Origin: Candidatus Poseidoniales archaeon
Lineage (GTDB): Archaea; Thermoplasmatota; Poseidoniia; Poseidoniales; Thalassarchaeaceae
Assembly (NCBI GenBank): GCA_022447885.1
Contig: JAKUTA010000001.1
Span: 1 to 26,054, forward strand
Direction: 5' to 3'
DNA length: 26,054 nucleotides
The stretch's first letter is position 1, and each line of letters starts with the position of its first letter. Shown here in pieces: positions 6,580 through 15,170 of this stretch. Position numbers and translations under genes: made by a program. The notes below the pieces were generated by a model, which had not been told where the DNA came from, searched no databases, and saw only the letters and a list, made by a program, of their open reading frames with translations.

Positions 6580-7359
6580 ATGGCGGTCTCGTTCTTCGTG
6601 ATGGCCGCCGTCGCGTTCTCGGTGATGTTCTTCGCCGGCTCCTGCCTGCGCATCATCCGCCAATGGGAAGGGGCAGTCATGTATCGACTCGGTGTCTGTA
6701 AAGGTGTTCTGGGACCTGGAGTCAGGGTGGTCATTCCATTCATCGACCGACTGGTGCGCTGGGACCTGCGCATGCTCATCAACGACATTCCCGGGCAGTC
6801 GGTCGTCACCAAGGACAACATCTCCCTGTCCATCGATGCGATCGTGTTCTACAAGGTGCGCAACCCGATGGACGCCGTCAACAAGGTGACCAACGCCCGC
6901 GCATCGGTGGGAATGGCAGCCCAGGGCGCGCTCAGGGACGTGATCGGCTCGGTCCCGCTCGACACGGTGCTGCAGGAACGCGAGAAGGTGGTCGAGCGTA
7001 TCCGCATCAATCTCGACGATGCCACCGACCCGTGGGGAATCCATGTCCTCCATGTCGAGTTGACAGACCTGCAGCTGCCCCACGAACTCACGCGGGCGAT
7101 GGCCAAGGAGGCGGAGGCGGACCGTGAGGCGAAAGCACGCGTCATCAAGGCGAGCGCTGAGCGCGAGGCAGCGGTGAAACTGTCCGAAGCCCAGGAACTG
7201 TTCAGTCGCTTCCCGGCACTGATGGAACTGCGCCGCCTGCAGGTGCTCTCAGAAGTCGGAGCGGAGAACAACGCCACGCGCATCATGATGCTGCCCGACA
7301 CGCTGCTCGATATCTCCACAGGCCCCTTGGCCAAACTGCTCAAGGGAGGTGAGTCGTGA
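6580..7359 (+). CDS. SPFH/Band-7 stomatin-like membrane protein, 259 aa
   Basis: N-terminal TM, GPG...IPFID, VTKDNI, LRDVIG, AMAKEAEADREAKA coiled coil and LMELRRLQVL. Confidence 0.95.
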   Translation: MAVSFFVMAAVAFSVMFFAGSCLRIIRQWEGAVMYRLGVCKGVLGPGVRVVIPFIDRLVRWDLRMLINDIPGQSVVTKDNISLSIDAIVFYKVRNPMDAVNKVTNARASVGMAAQGALRDVIGSVPLDTVLQEREKVVERIRINLDDATDPWGIHVLHVELTDLQLPHELTRAMAKEAEADREAKARVIKASAEREAAVKLSEAQELFSRFPALMELRRLQVLSEVGAENNATRIMMLPDTLLDISTGPLAKLLKGGES

Positions 7360-8432
7360 TGGCGATCACCTGGATCATCCTCGAGTCTCTCTGCGGACTG
7401 CTGTGCGGGGGGCTGGTCGCGGCACTGATACTCGGGCTGAAGGCGGCTGGCGGCCAGTTCACCGCCTCCAGCGGCGACCCGACGGGATATTCTCCACGCG
7501 GCACGTGGCCTCGCCGCGGAGTATTCACAGTTCTCGACCAGTACGAGCGGGCGCCGAAGTTCACCTTCGGAAAGCCCGCGGGCGTCAACTCCGTGGGCGT
7601 CGCCATCCGCTTCCCATTCATCCAGGAATTCCTGCTCGTCGACATCCGCGACCGGCCGGAGAACATCCCCGGCCAGGTGTGCATCACCCGCGACAACGTG
7701 AGCATCCAGGTGGACGGCGTGGTCTACTGGAAGGTCATCGACCCGATGACGGCGGTGCTGGCGGTCAGCAATCCCTCAAACGTCATCAGGCAGATGACTA
7801 TGTCCGTTCTGCGCGTCGTCATCGGCGAGTACACGCTCGATGAACTGCTCTCGAAGCGGGAGGTCATCTCCCTCCGGATGGAGACGTTGCTCGACCGGTT
7901 CTGCCTGCCACTGGGCATCGACATCAGCCGCATCGACATCACCGACGTGGTCATCCCCACCGACATGCAGCGGGCGATGGCGCGCGAGGCTGAGGCGCAG
8001 CGCGAGCGAAGAGCGCGCCTGCGCCGCGCCGAAGGTGAGGTGGAAGCGGTGAAGAATCTCGCACACGCGGCGTACATCATGCAAAAGAACCCCGAACTGC
8101 TCGAACTGCGCCGACTGCAGACCGTCGGGGAGCTGGGTATGGAACAGCACACGCTCATCACGCTCGTGCTGCCCTACGACTTCAGCAACATCGGCGGTGG
8201 CGGTCGACACCTGCACTCATACACACTCGAGGAGAACAAAGACTTCCTCGATGCGCTCACACTCGCCGAGGAAGAGGCACTGAAAGCCGCCGAGGCAGCG
8301 GAAGCCGAGGCAGAAGCTGAGGATGCTGACGAATCCGAAGCGGAATCACCTGCTCCACCATCGCCGCCTGCGGAAGACGATCTGCCCCCGGCTCCCGACT
8401 TCGGTGACGAGGACGACCCCTTCGCCGATTGA
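7356..8432 (+). CDS. Second SPFH/Band-7 protein with N-terminal insert and long acidic Pro-rich tail, 358 aa
   Basis: N-terminal TM, FPFIQ, ITRDNV, LRVVIGEYTLDELL, AMAREAEAQRERRA and LLELRRLQTV; SD GGAGGTGA at 7345-7352; GTGA overlap with the previous gene. Confidence 0.93.
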   Translation: MMAITWIILESLCGLLCGGLVAALILGLKAAGGQFTASSGDPTGYSPRGTWPRRGVFTVLDQYERAPKFTFGKPAGVNSVGVAIRFPFIQEFLLVDIRDRPENIPGQVCITRDNVSIQVDGVVYWKVIDPMTAVLAVSNPSNVIRQMTMSVLRVVIGEYTLDELLSKREVISLRMETLLDRFCLPLGIDISRIDITDVVIPTDMQRAMAREAEAQRERRARLRRAEGEVEAVKNLAHAAYIMQKNPELLELRRLQTVGELGMEQHTLITLVLPYDFSNIGGGGRHLHSYTLEENKDFLDALTLAEEEALKAAEAAEAEAEAEDADESEAESPAPPSPPAEDDLPPAPDFGDEDDPFAD

Positions 8433-8469
8433 CGCTGCTCGGCATGCTCCGGGGTTACCCTGACGCTGG

Positions 8470-9756
8470 TCAGGTCTTGGCGTGGATCTTGACCACCGCG
8501 CCATCCTCGAGCTCATGCTCAGCCCCGATGATGCGGCTCGTGCGCGCATCGGTTGCGCGGATGAAGCCGTCTCCGAGGTCGGTATGCACCGCGTATGCCA
8601 GCCCTTTGGCGGTGGTTCCTCGCTTGATCAGCAGAGCGTCTGGGAGAACTCTTCCGTCCCCATCGGTCCAGTGGGTCTCGTCCTGCACAGGATGTGCCAC
8701 GATCTGCTCCAACCGGTCATACACCACCGCAGACAGCAGAGGGACGATTCCTGAGCCTCCCAAGCGTGACAGGCGGTCGGCCAGCTCATCGAGTCCCTGA
8801 CGCTGTGGTGCGGTCAGCCCCTCCTCACCAGCCGCGGTCAACTCGAACTCGGACTCCCCTGGAACGTAGGCGATCAATCCCGCCTTGGCTGCGCGGCGCA
8901 ATGCCAGTTCGGACTCGGCGGTCGTCGCCACCAGCAGCCCACCCTCCTCGGCCACCCTCGCCTCCAATGCCTCCCAGAGAGCGGGTTCGGCGAGGTCCGC
9001 CTTGTTGGCAGCCACGAACAGCGGAAACACCGCCTTGCGCAACTCGTCCGCCAACTCGCGCTTCAACTCCGCGCTCCACTGCCATGGGTTGCCCACGTCT
9101 CGGTTACGCTGATGGAATACTGCCAGCGCCTGCGTCACTTGAATCTCATCGGCACCGATTCCGCTCAACTGCTCATGCAGCCACTCGCCCATCGCTCGGT
9201 CTCCCTCCGACTGTGTCCTGCGCGTTCCCTTGTTCCAGCTCCCTGCCAGGATCCCCTCGATCCACGCCGCCAACTCGTCGACGAGGAACTCATGCTCCGC
9301 CAGCGGGTCACATGCTCCCGAGCCGCTCGGATTCCCTTCGAGGTCTGTCGCGCCAGAAGCATCGACGACTTGGATGAGGGCGTCGCAGGCGGCCAGGTCC
9401 GAGAGGAACTGGTTGCCTCGTCCGCGGCCTTCGTGCGCTCCGGGGACCAAGCCGGCGACATCGACGAGCGTCACCGGCACGAGGCGTGTGAACCCGTTGC
9501 AACTCCCCGTGTTCGGTTGGCAGATGCTCCCGCCTCGCTCGTCGTCATCAGTGGCTGGTTCGAGGCGTCCGTCGGCCTCGCGCACAGCGCGCAGTTCCGA
9601 GCAGGGACAGATGGTGGGTGAGGCGATCCAGGTGACGCCTACGTTCGGCTCGATGGTCGTGAAGGGGTAGTTGGCGATTTCGACGGTCGTCTCGGTGAGT
9701 GCGGAGAAGGTGGTCGACTTGCCGACATTGGGTTTGCCCACGAGTCCGATTCGCAT
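8470..9756 (-). CDS. ychF: Archaeal translation-associated Obg-family GTPase (YchF/Ygr210-like) with TGS domain, 428 aa
   Basis: GKPNVGKS (G1), NYPFTT (G2), DVAG (G3), NKAD (G4), Cys cluster and C-terminal TGS (VHTDLGDGFIRA...LEDGAVVKI); start at MRIGLVG. Confidence 0.93.
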   Translation of the reverse strand: MRIGLVGKPNVGKSTTFSALTETTVEIANYPFTTIEPNVGVTWIASPTICPCSELRAVREADGRLEPATDDDERGGSICQPNTGSCNGFTRLVPVTLVDVAGLVPGAHEGRGRGNQFLSDLAACDALIQVVDASGATDLEGNPSGSGACDPLAEHEFLVDELAAWIEGILAGSWNKGTRRTQSEGDRAMGEWLHEQLSGIGADEIQVTQALAVFHQRNRDVGNPWQWSAELKRELADELRKAVFPLFVAANKADLAEPALWEALEARVAEEGGLLVATTAESELALRRAAKAGLIAYVPGESEFELTAAGEEGLTAPQRQGLDELADRLSRLGGSGIVPLLSAVVYDRLEQIVAHPVQDETHWTDGDGRVLPDALLIKRGTTAKGLAYAVHTDLGDGFIRATDARTSRIIGAEHELEDGAVVKIHAKT

Positions 9757-9849
9757 CCCGATGCCCCCCTGACGACTCCCCGACTGACTCGGCAGAGCGG
9801 ACTGCACCTATGCCTGTTGCGCGGAACAGTGGACCTGCGGCTGTCCTGT

Positions 9850-11703
9850 TCAGGCGACGAGGCGGGCGATGATGTCCGCCTTCGTGCCACTGGACTCCTT
9901 GCCCAGCGAAGACGCCAGGTCGACTAACTCCGTCTTGCGCATCCTGTTCAGGGAGACGGCGTCAGGAACCTCGTCTGCTTCCACGTCCACGTCAGGGACC
10001 TCGTCAACCTCCTCATCCGCGTCGTCATCGACCTCATCGGCTTGATTGGCGAGGTCCGCCAGCGAGAGCCGCCCGCCATCATCGTCGCCGACGATGATCT
10101 CCGTGTCCACGCCGACGCCCGCAGAGAGCAGCCGGCGAATGCTGGTCGAGCCAGCGGTGAGGGTGTGGCGTACGGGTGTGGGACCTGCTGGCACAGCCAG
10201 GTCCTCCTCCACAGGCACTCCGCGGAAGATGCCCATGATCATGTTCTGCATCAACAGCAGCGAGCCGACCACCACACCGTAGAACATGACGGCGGCGAAC
10301 AGCGCCAGCGAACCGGCGAGGTCAGGAGCCGTCACCTCCGCCGCCTCGAGCGCCTCTGCGACCCCCTCACCGGCGAGCGTCGCATCGACGTGATCGACGA
10401 TCAACTGGCCTACGGCGAAGCCGAACACACCGATGATGAGCATCCAGAAGGTCCAGCGGCTCTTCGATTGGCTGAACAGTTGGCGACCCGAGGCATGTGG
10501 GAACATGCAGTGCGCGCCGCCGAGCGCGATCAGGCCCAACGCCGCCCAGATGGCGAGCATGTCGAGCGTGCCTGCGATGTGGCTGAGTTCGTCACCTCCG
10601 CCAAAGGCGGAGACGCTGGCGAACAGGCTCGTGAGGGCCACCGGGATGAGCAGCACGACACCGACCATCGTCATCGACGCCCCATGCGAGGTGGACAACT
10701 TCTGCCAGCCTCCGCTCGCCGTGGCGCAGAGATTGGCGACGGCTGCGATCAGCGGCAGCAGCGACAGCGCCAGGAAGATGCCGACCATCGCCTGCAGGAA
10801 CTCGCCCGCCTCGGACACGCCTCCGCTCGCCCCGAGCGGAGTCACCGTCAGGAACGTCCCGACGAGCGCGACCGTGGACAGGCTGCGGCTCCACAGCGGC
10901 CGGCCCAGCGCGGCTGGCACGACGTGGTGGGCGATACCGAGAGCGGTCGCCAGCAGCCAGCAGCCGAACACCACCTTCAGCATCCACCAGGCGAGCAACT
11001 GGTTCTCCCCTTGGAGCAGCAGCAGCCCCGCCGGTCCGATCCAGACCAGCGATGCGAGGCCGAGCACGAGGAACCACTGGGGAACGACAGGCGGGACTTC
11101 GTCCTCCGTGACGGTGAGCAGGTGGTTGATGAGCAACGGCAGGGCGATCAGGGAGAACACGAGGTAGTAGACCGGTGGCAGCTCGAACCAGGCGACCTCT
11201 CCGATGAGCGACGTGTGCGCGAGGATCAGTCCGACGAAGGTGGTCGCCGACCATGCCCACCCCATCAGCGCGCCGTTCGATTCGCTCGCCAGCGAGCCCG
11301 ATAGCCTCGACTGCACGAGCAGCCCCGCACCGATGAGCGTCATCGACAGGGCTCCGAACACGGAGACGAGGTGCAGCGCGGCGAGAGACTGGGCGTCGGT
11401 GGGTGCATAGCCGACGGAACCCAGTGATGCGAGCGCGTCCGGCTCGTGCGCCCTCCACAACGTGGTGAACGTCAGCGTGCTTGCGATGATGAACCACATC
11501 ACCCCGTGCAGCAGCCAAGTGCGCCCGGCGGAGCCGGGGCGGTTCTGGAACAGTTCGTTGGCCGGCCCGAGCGCCTTGCCGAGCATGAACTTGGACATGT
11601 CGCGGGTGAACGAGGAGAACGGGCCGAGGCCGCGCATGGTGAGGAAGCGCACCAGCAGCAGCCAGCCATAGAAAGAGAGCAGCGTGAGCACGATTCCGTT
11701 CAT
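9850..11703 (-). CDS. cbb3-type oxidase subunit I (CcoN)-like polytopic membrane protein, apparently metal-ligand deficient, with C-terminal acidic linker and SAP/HeH domain, 617 aa
   Basis: CcoN-like segments ALHLVSVFG, WFELP, PQWF, WWMLKVVFG, VP..LGRPLWSRSLS, SGGWQKL, LSH and FP..SGRQLFS...FW. C-terminal LNRMRKTELVDLASSLGKESSGTKADIIARL. SD GAGGTG. Confidence 0.8.
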   Translation of the reverse strand: MNGIVLTLLSFYGWLLLVRFLTMRGLGPFSSFTRDMSKFMLGKALGPANELFQNRPGSAGRTWLLHGVMWFIIASTLTFTTLWRAHEPDALASLGSVGYAPTDAQSLAALHLVSVFGALSMTLIGAGLLVQSRLSGSLASESNGALMGWAWSATTFVGLILAHTSLIGEVAWFELPPVYYLVFSLIALPLLINHLLTVTEDEVPPVVPQWFLVLGLASLVWIGPAGLLLLQGENQLLAWWMLKVVFGCWLLATALGIAHHVVPAALGRPLWSRSLSTVALVGTFLTVTPLGASGGVSEAGEFLQAMVGIFLALSLLPLIAAVANLCATASGGWQKLSTSHGASMTMVGVVLLIPVALTSLFASVSAFGGGDELSHIAGTLDMLAIWAALGLIALGGAHCMFPHASGRQLFSQSKSRWTFWMLIIGVFGFAVGQLIVDHVDATLAGEGVAEALEAAEVTAPDLAGSLALFAAVMFYGVVVGSLLLMQNMIMGIFRGVPVEEDLAVPAGPTPVRHTLTAGSTSIRRLLSAGVGVDTEIIVGDDDGGRLSLADLANQADEVDDDADEEVDEVPDVDVEADEVPDAVSLNRMRKTELVDLASSLGKESSGTKADIIARLVA

Positions 11704-11712
11704 GCATCCACC

Positions 11713-11979
11713 TCAATCATCAGCCACAAGCTCGCCCATGAGCGTGGCGAACAGCATCCCGACCCCCAGGAGAACGCCGAGAATGAAGAACCAGATCAGG
11801 CTCCCGCCGAGTTCTGAGAACAGCGGCAGGATGTCACCTAATCCGGGGAACTGCTGCTCAGGATATAGCACGCTGAACATGATCATGAAGGCGAGCGCAG
11901 CGACGCCGGCGAGCGTCAGAATGACACGTGACGAAGCGGGTTCATCTCCGCCTTGAGTGACCTCTGGCAGAACGGTCAT
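11713..11979 (-). CDS. Small 2-TM membrane protein, 88 aa
   Basis: MTVLPEVTQGG...; two hydrophobic helices; GGAGG SD 9 nt upstream of ATG 11979; ends 9 nt before the CcoN-like gene. The ORF-track extension to 12276 overlaps RaSEA and is rejected. Confidence 0.8.
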   Translation of the reverse strand: MTVLPEVTQGGDEPASSRVILTLAGVAALAFMIMFSVLYPEQQFPGLGDILPLFSELGGSLIWFFILGVLLGVGMLFATLMGELVADD

Positions 11980-12064
11980 CGGAAGCATCCTCCAGAGATT
12001 GCCATAGGCAATCTTGGCGAGAGATGAGCCGTCCTTAAGCGTTGGGCGCTCAAAGGTAGCCCAT

Positions 12065-13222
12065 TCAGGGAGAGAGGAGCGCCGCGACGACGTCGCCTCT
12101 CCGGTCGAGTCCGCAACCGAGCGGAATCGGCAGCGCAAGGTCGAGTTCACACTCGCACCGCCAGCGCGCTTCGCACTCGCACGCCAACCCTTCGAACTCG
12201 ACGAGGTCAGCGGATACCGAATAACGCTCGATGGCCGCAGCCACCCGCTTGTCGCAACTCCCGCAGTTGTGCGCACCGCGAATCTTGCCCGCCGCCGTCG
12301 GATGCACCAGAAGGCGTGTCACCGCTTCCGTTCCATTCGGGTTGATCACCGGATGGACTCTGCGAATCAGGTCGACCAGCGACCAGAGCCACGGAGGCCG
12401 GTACTCTCGGTGCCGGAACATGCGCTCGACGATCGTGCGCTTCTGGATGTTCATCGGATTGATGGATATCTCATCGCTCGCTTCGGCGGAGTCTGCGACC
12501 CAGCGAACGCAGTGTTCGAGCGCGTCACCCTCGGACATGAAGGGCGGCTTGAACAGCAGATAGGTCTTGACGCGCAGGTCGTTTTCGCGCAGGGTCTTGA
12601 CCGCCCGCTCCCATTGGCGGGTGGAGAAGCCCTTGTTGCAGTGGAACTTGAGCACCTCGTCATCGTATGCCTCGAGGCCGATGGCCACAGTGCAGCCGGG
12701 GTGTCGCTCGGCAACCCAGGCCATCTTGTCTGGCGTGCACATCTCGGCGCGGGCCTCGACGATCAGGTGGAATCCCCTCTCATGGGTCTCGGTGAGGATG
12801 GTCTCCTGCCAGTCGAGCGGATTCTCGCGGTCCTCGAAGAAGGTTCCCGAAGTGTAGACCTTCACCATCGAACAGCCTTCGAAATCGTTCGTCTTCCGCT
12901 TCGCATACTCCCATTGGGCGTGCAGGTTGTCGCTGGTCACGTCGTCGCGCACGTCGTTGAAATATCCGCAGAAGGTGCAGCCTGACTTCCACCACCAGAC
13001 GCATCCCTTGGTGCGGAAGATCACCGTCGCCGCCTGGCACTCCTCTCCGTTCGGCAGTCTCTCCGGGGTCACATACACCGTCGCCGGTTCATCCGCGTCC
13101 CACGATTCCCGAAAACTCACCGATGACTCCGTGTTCTCCGGTGCTTTCACCAGATGATGCACCTTGACCGTGCGATCCGGGTTGGGGAACGCGGTCGAGC
13201 AGCCGGACCCGCAGGAAGTCAT
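12065..13222 (-). CDS. Archaeosine biosynthesis radical SAM protein RaSEA, 385 aa
   Basis: FRTKGCVWWWKSGCTFCGY (extended Cx7Cx2C), KVYTSGTFFE, IGLE, KTYLLFKPPFMSE, YRPPWLWS and RGAHNCGSCD; GGAGG SD before MTSCG at 13222. Confidence 0.92.
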   Translation of the reverse strand: MTSCGSGCSTAFPNPDRTVKVHHLVKAPENTESSVSFRESWDADEPATVYVTPERLPNGEECQAATVIFRTKGCVWWWKSGCTFCGYFNDVRDDVTSDNLHAQWEYAKRKTNDFEGCSMVKVYTSGTFFEDRENPLDWQETILTETHERGFHLIVEARAEMCTPDKMAWVAERHPGCTVAIGLEAYDDEVLKFHCNKGFSTRQWERAVKTLRENDLRVKTYLLFKPPFMSEGDALEHCVRWVADSAEASDEISINPMNIQKRTIVERMFRHREYRPPWLWSLVDLIRRVHPVINPNGTEAVTRLLVHPTAAGKIRGAHNCGSCDKRVAAAIERYSVSADLVEFEGLACECEARWRCECELDLALPIPLGCGLDRRGDVVAALLSP

Positions 13223-13310
13223 CGTATCTCCTCCGACCCGCTGCCTGTCATCGCCGGTATCAACTTGACGAAGGGCCGGGAGATGTCTATGTGGGGCTGC
13301 TGGAGGCTGT

Positions 13311-14414
13311 TCAAGTGAGGGTGACGGTGAAGAAATCGGTGATACGCTGCTCGTATTCCTCGGCATCGGTGATGATCGCCTCTGTGTGACCGGTCCCCTC
13401 TACCAGCCAGCTGCTGGTGTTGACATCGAGGTCCGCGGCGAGTTCGAGCATGTCCTCGAAGTGGTGCGGGTCGACGCGGTCGTCGTCGGTTCCATGGGTG
13501 ATGAAGATCGAGCGGTTCCCAGCGTTCTCGAACCCGATGCGCGGGGAGGGTTCGAGCAGCGCCTCGCCACCGAACAGGAACGCCGCCCAGACCGTGGCTG
13601 GACCGAGCCAGCCCGGATAACCCTCGCTGACGAGCTCCTCGCGGACGATGTCCGCGAGATCGAGGTAGCCGGAGTCGAGAACGACGGCCTGGATGCGCTC
13701 GTCCTCTCCGAAGGTGATGGCGGCGGTTCCCGCTCCCATCGAGTTGCCCCACAACCCGATCATCTCCTCGGGGATCCCCTGCTCGTCGATGAGCCAGTCC
13801 ACGCCCGACATCACGTCGATGTACTCCTTCGTGCCGATGCTCACCCTGCCATCCTCCACCGTGCTCTTGCCGTGGTCGCGCAGGTCGATGAGCAGCACGT
13901 TGAATCCGTGTTCATTCAGCATCCCGGCGACCATCAGCATGCGGTAGCCGGCTTTCGAGGCGCGCAGGCCATGCACCAGCACCACAGTGGGCGCGGGCCC
14001 ATCCTCCAGTCCGTCCACGGGGATCCACCAACAGTCGAGGTCGATGCCCGCAGTGCGGCTGGCGATGGTGACGTTCTCGTAGTAGTCGACCTCGTAAGGT
14101 GAGGTGTCGTAGTCCGGATACTTGTCCCAGGTGACGTTGAACCCATCCGGGAAATTGCCCTCCTGGTCACCATAACCCGGGTCGGCGTAGGCCAGGGTGG
14201 TGTAGATCTTCCACCCGACTCCGAGATATGCTGCCAGCGGCAGCACGACGAGTGCCACTCCGAGCGACAACAGGATTCTGCGACCGCGCGTGAATCCGGT
14301 GGGTCGCGGCTCTGGATTGGGTTCTGACTCCACCTCAATGACCGCCGAATCGATGTCATCATCATCCTCTCCAGCGGCTGCAACAGCAGCATCCTCGTCG
14401 GACAAGTGGATCAC
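13311..14414 (-). CDS. Membrane-anchored alpha/beta hydrolase (esterase/peptidase S9/S33-like)
   Basis: Acidic N-terminus, one TM, VLVHGL, nucleophile elbow GNSMG, HGTDDDRV (Asp) and GTGHTEA (His). Start is GTG 14414 or TTG 14405. Confidence 0.9.
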   Translation of the reverse strand: MIHLSDEDAAVAAAGEDDDDIDSAVIEVESEPNPEPRPTGFTRGRRILLSLGVALVVLPLAAYLGVGWKIYTTLAYADPGYGDQEGNFPDGFNVTWDKYPDYDTSPYEVDYYENVTIASRTAGIDLDCWWIPVDGLEDGPAPTVVLVHGLRASKAGYRMLMVAGMLNEHGFNVLLIDLRDHGKSTVEDGRVSIGTKEYIDVMSGVDWLIDEQGIPEEMIGLWGNSMGAGTAAITFGEDERIQAVVLDSGYLDLADIVREELVSEGYPGWLGPATVWAAFLFGGEALLEPSPRIGFENAGNRSIFITHGTDDDRVDPHHFEDMLELAADLDVNTSSWLVEGTGHTEAIITDAEEYEQRITDFFTVTLT

Positions 14415-14420
14415 CCCCGC

Positions 14421-15083
14421 TCACTCTTCCGAGTCGTCTTCGGGAACTTCGACGGCCGTTTCCACCTCGGCGGCCGCTTCATCCTCTGCGGCGGCCTCGG
14501 CGGCCTCCTCAGCGCGGGCGTCGATGGCCTCAGCGAGGCGTTCGTTGATGGCTCGCTGCATGTGCTGGCTCTTGCGCTCGGCTTCAACCGCCGCTTCGAT
14601 CATCTCGTAGCGGGTCTTGATCGCCTTGTTCAAGTCCTCGAATATCTGCATGTGCTGGACGTACCAGTCGTCGCGCGCCTTCAACTCGGTGACGGCCAGA
14701 CGCAGGTCGTTGTCCAACTCCTCAGCGATCTCGAACACCTTGCCGAGCCGGTCCTTCTCACGAGAGAACTTCTCCTCCATCGTCTCCAGTTCCGGCTCGA
14801 GATGCTCGACCTGCTTCGAGCGTTTGGCGAGATTGAGTTCCAGATCACGGATGCGATGGTCCTTCTCACCGAGCAGTTGCTCCATCCCCTCGCGCTCGAT
14901 CTCCTTGTCGATCTGCATCTTCTCGAGGACCTCGATCTCGGCCTTGAGCTGGACGATCTCCTTCTCCTGCAACTCGTAGGCGTCGTAGAGTCTCTCCAGC
15001 CTCTGAGTCTCCTGCGTGAGGCTCTCCTCGAGTTGTGCAAGCCTCACCTCATCGGTGATGGTGCCTTCCTCATCGTCGGACAT
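14421..15083 (-). CDS. Coiled-coil protein with acidic C-terminal tail, 220 aa
   Basis: E/K/L-rich heptads over about 180 aa; GGAGAGG SD before MSDDEEG; TATA 36 nt upstream. Confidence 0.85.
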   Translation of the reverse strand: MSDDEEGTITDEVRLAQLEESLTQETQRLERLYDAYELQEKEIVQLKAEIEVLEKMQIDKEIEREGMEQLLGEKDHRIRDLELNLAKRSKQVEHLEPELETMEEKFSREKDRLGKVFEIAEELDNDLRLAVTELKARDDWYVQHMQIFEDLNKAIKTRYEMIEAAVEAERKSQHMQRAINERLAEAIDARAEEAAEAAAEDEAAAEVETAVEVPEDDSEE

Positions 15084-15118
15084 CGTGCCCTCTCCAGCGT
15101 GTCGACCTGCTCGCCCTT

Positions 15119-15127
15119 GATATAAAT
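15119..15127. promoter_or_regulatory. Candidate bidirectional TATA box
   Basis: Reads TTTATATC on the minus strand toward the coiled-coil gene and GATATAAAT on the plus strand toward the CPBP gene; lies in an 87-nt divergent spacer. Confidence 0.6.
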
Positions 15128-15170
15128 GACACCTGTGCAAAGCGACATGAGTCGGGACCGAGGGGTGAAG

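Noticed and set aside
10042-11304. 420-aa plus-strand ORF (and 10433..11167)
   Set aside because: Antisense shadow of the CcoN-like gene with R/Q/H-rich composition typical of reverse frames.
9850-11703. Calling this a functional cbb3 cytochrome c oxidase (ccoN)
   Set aside because: CuB and heme b3 ligands appear missing and no ccoO/ccoP is adjacent, so the gene symbol was withheld.
11980-12276. Long N-terminal extension of the 11713 ORF
   Set aside because: Overlaps the RaSEA 3' end; the SD supports a start at 11979.
12014-12985. 323-aa plus-strand ORF
   Set aside because: Antisense to RaSEA; no motifs.
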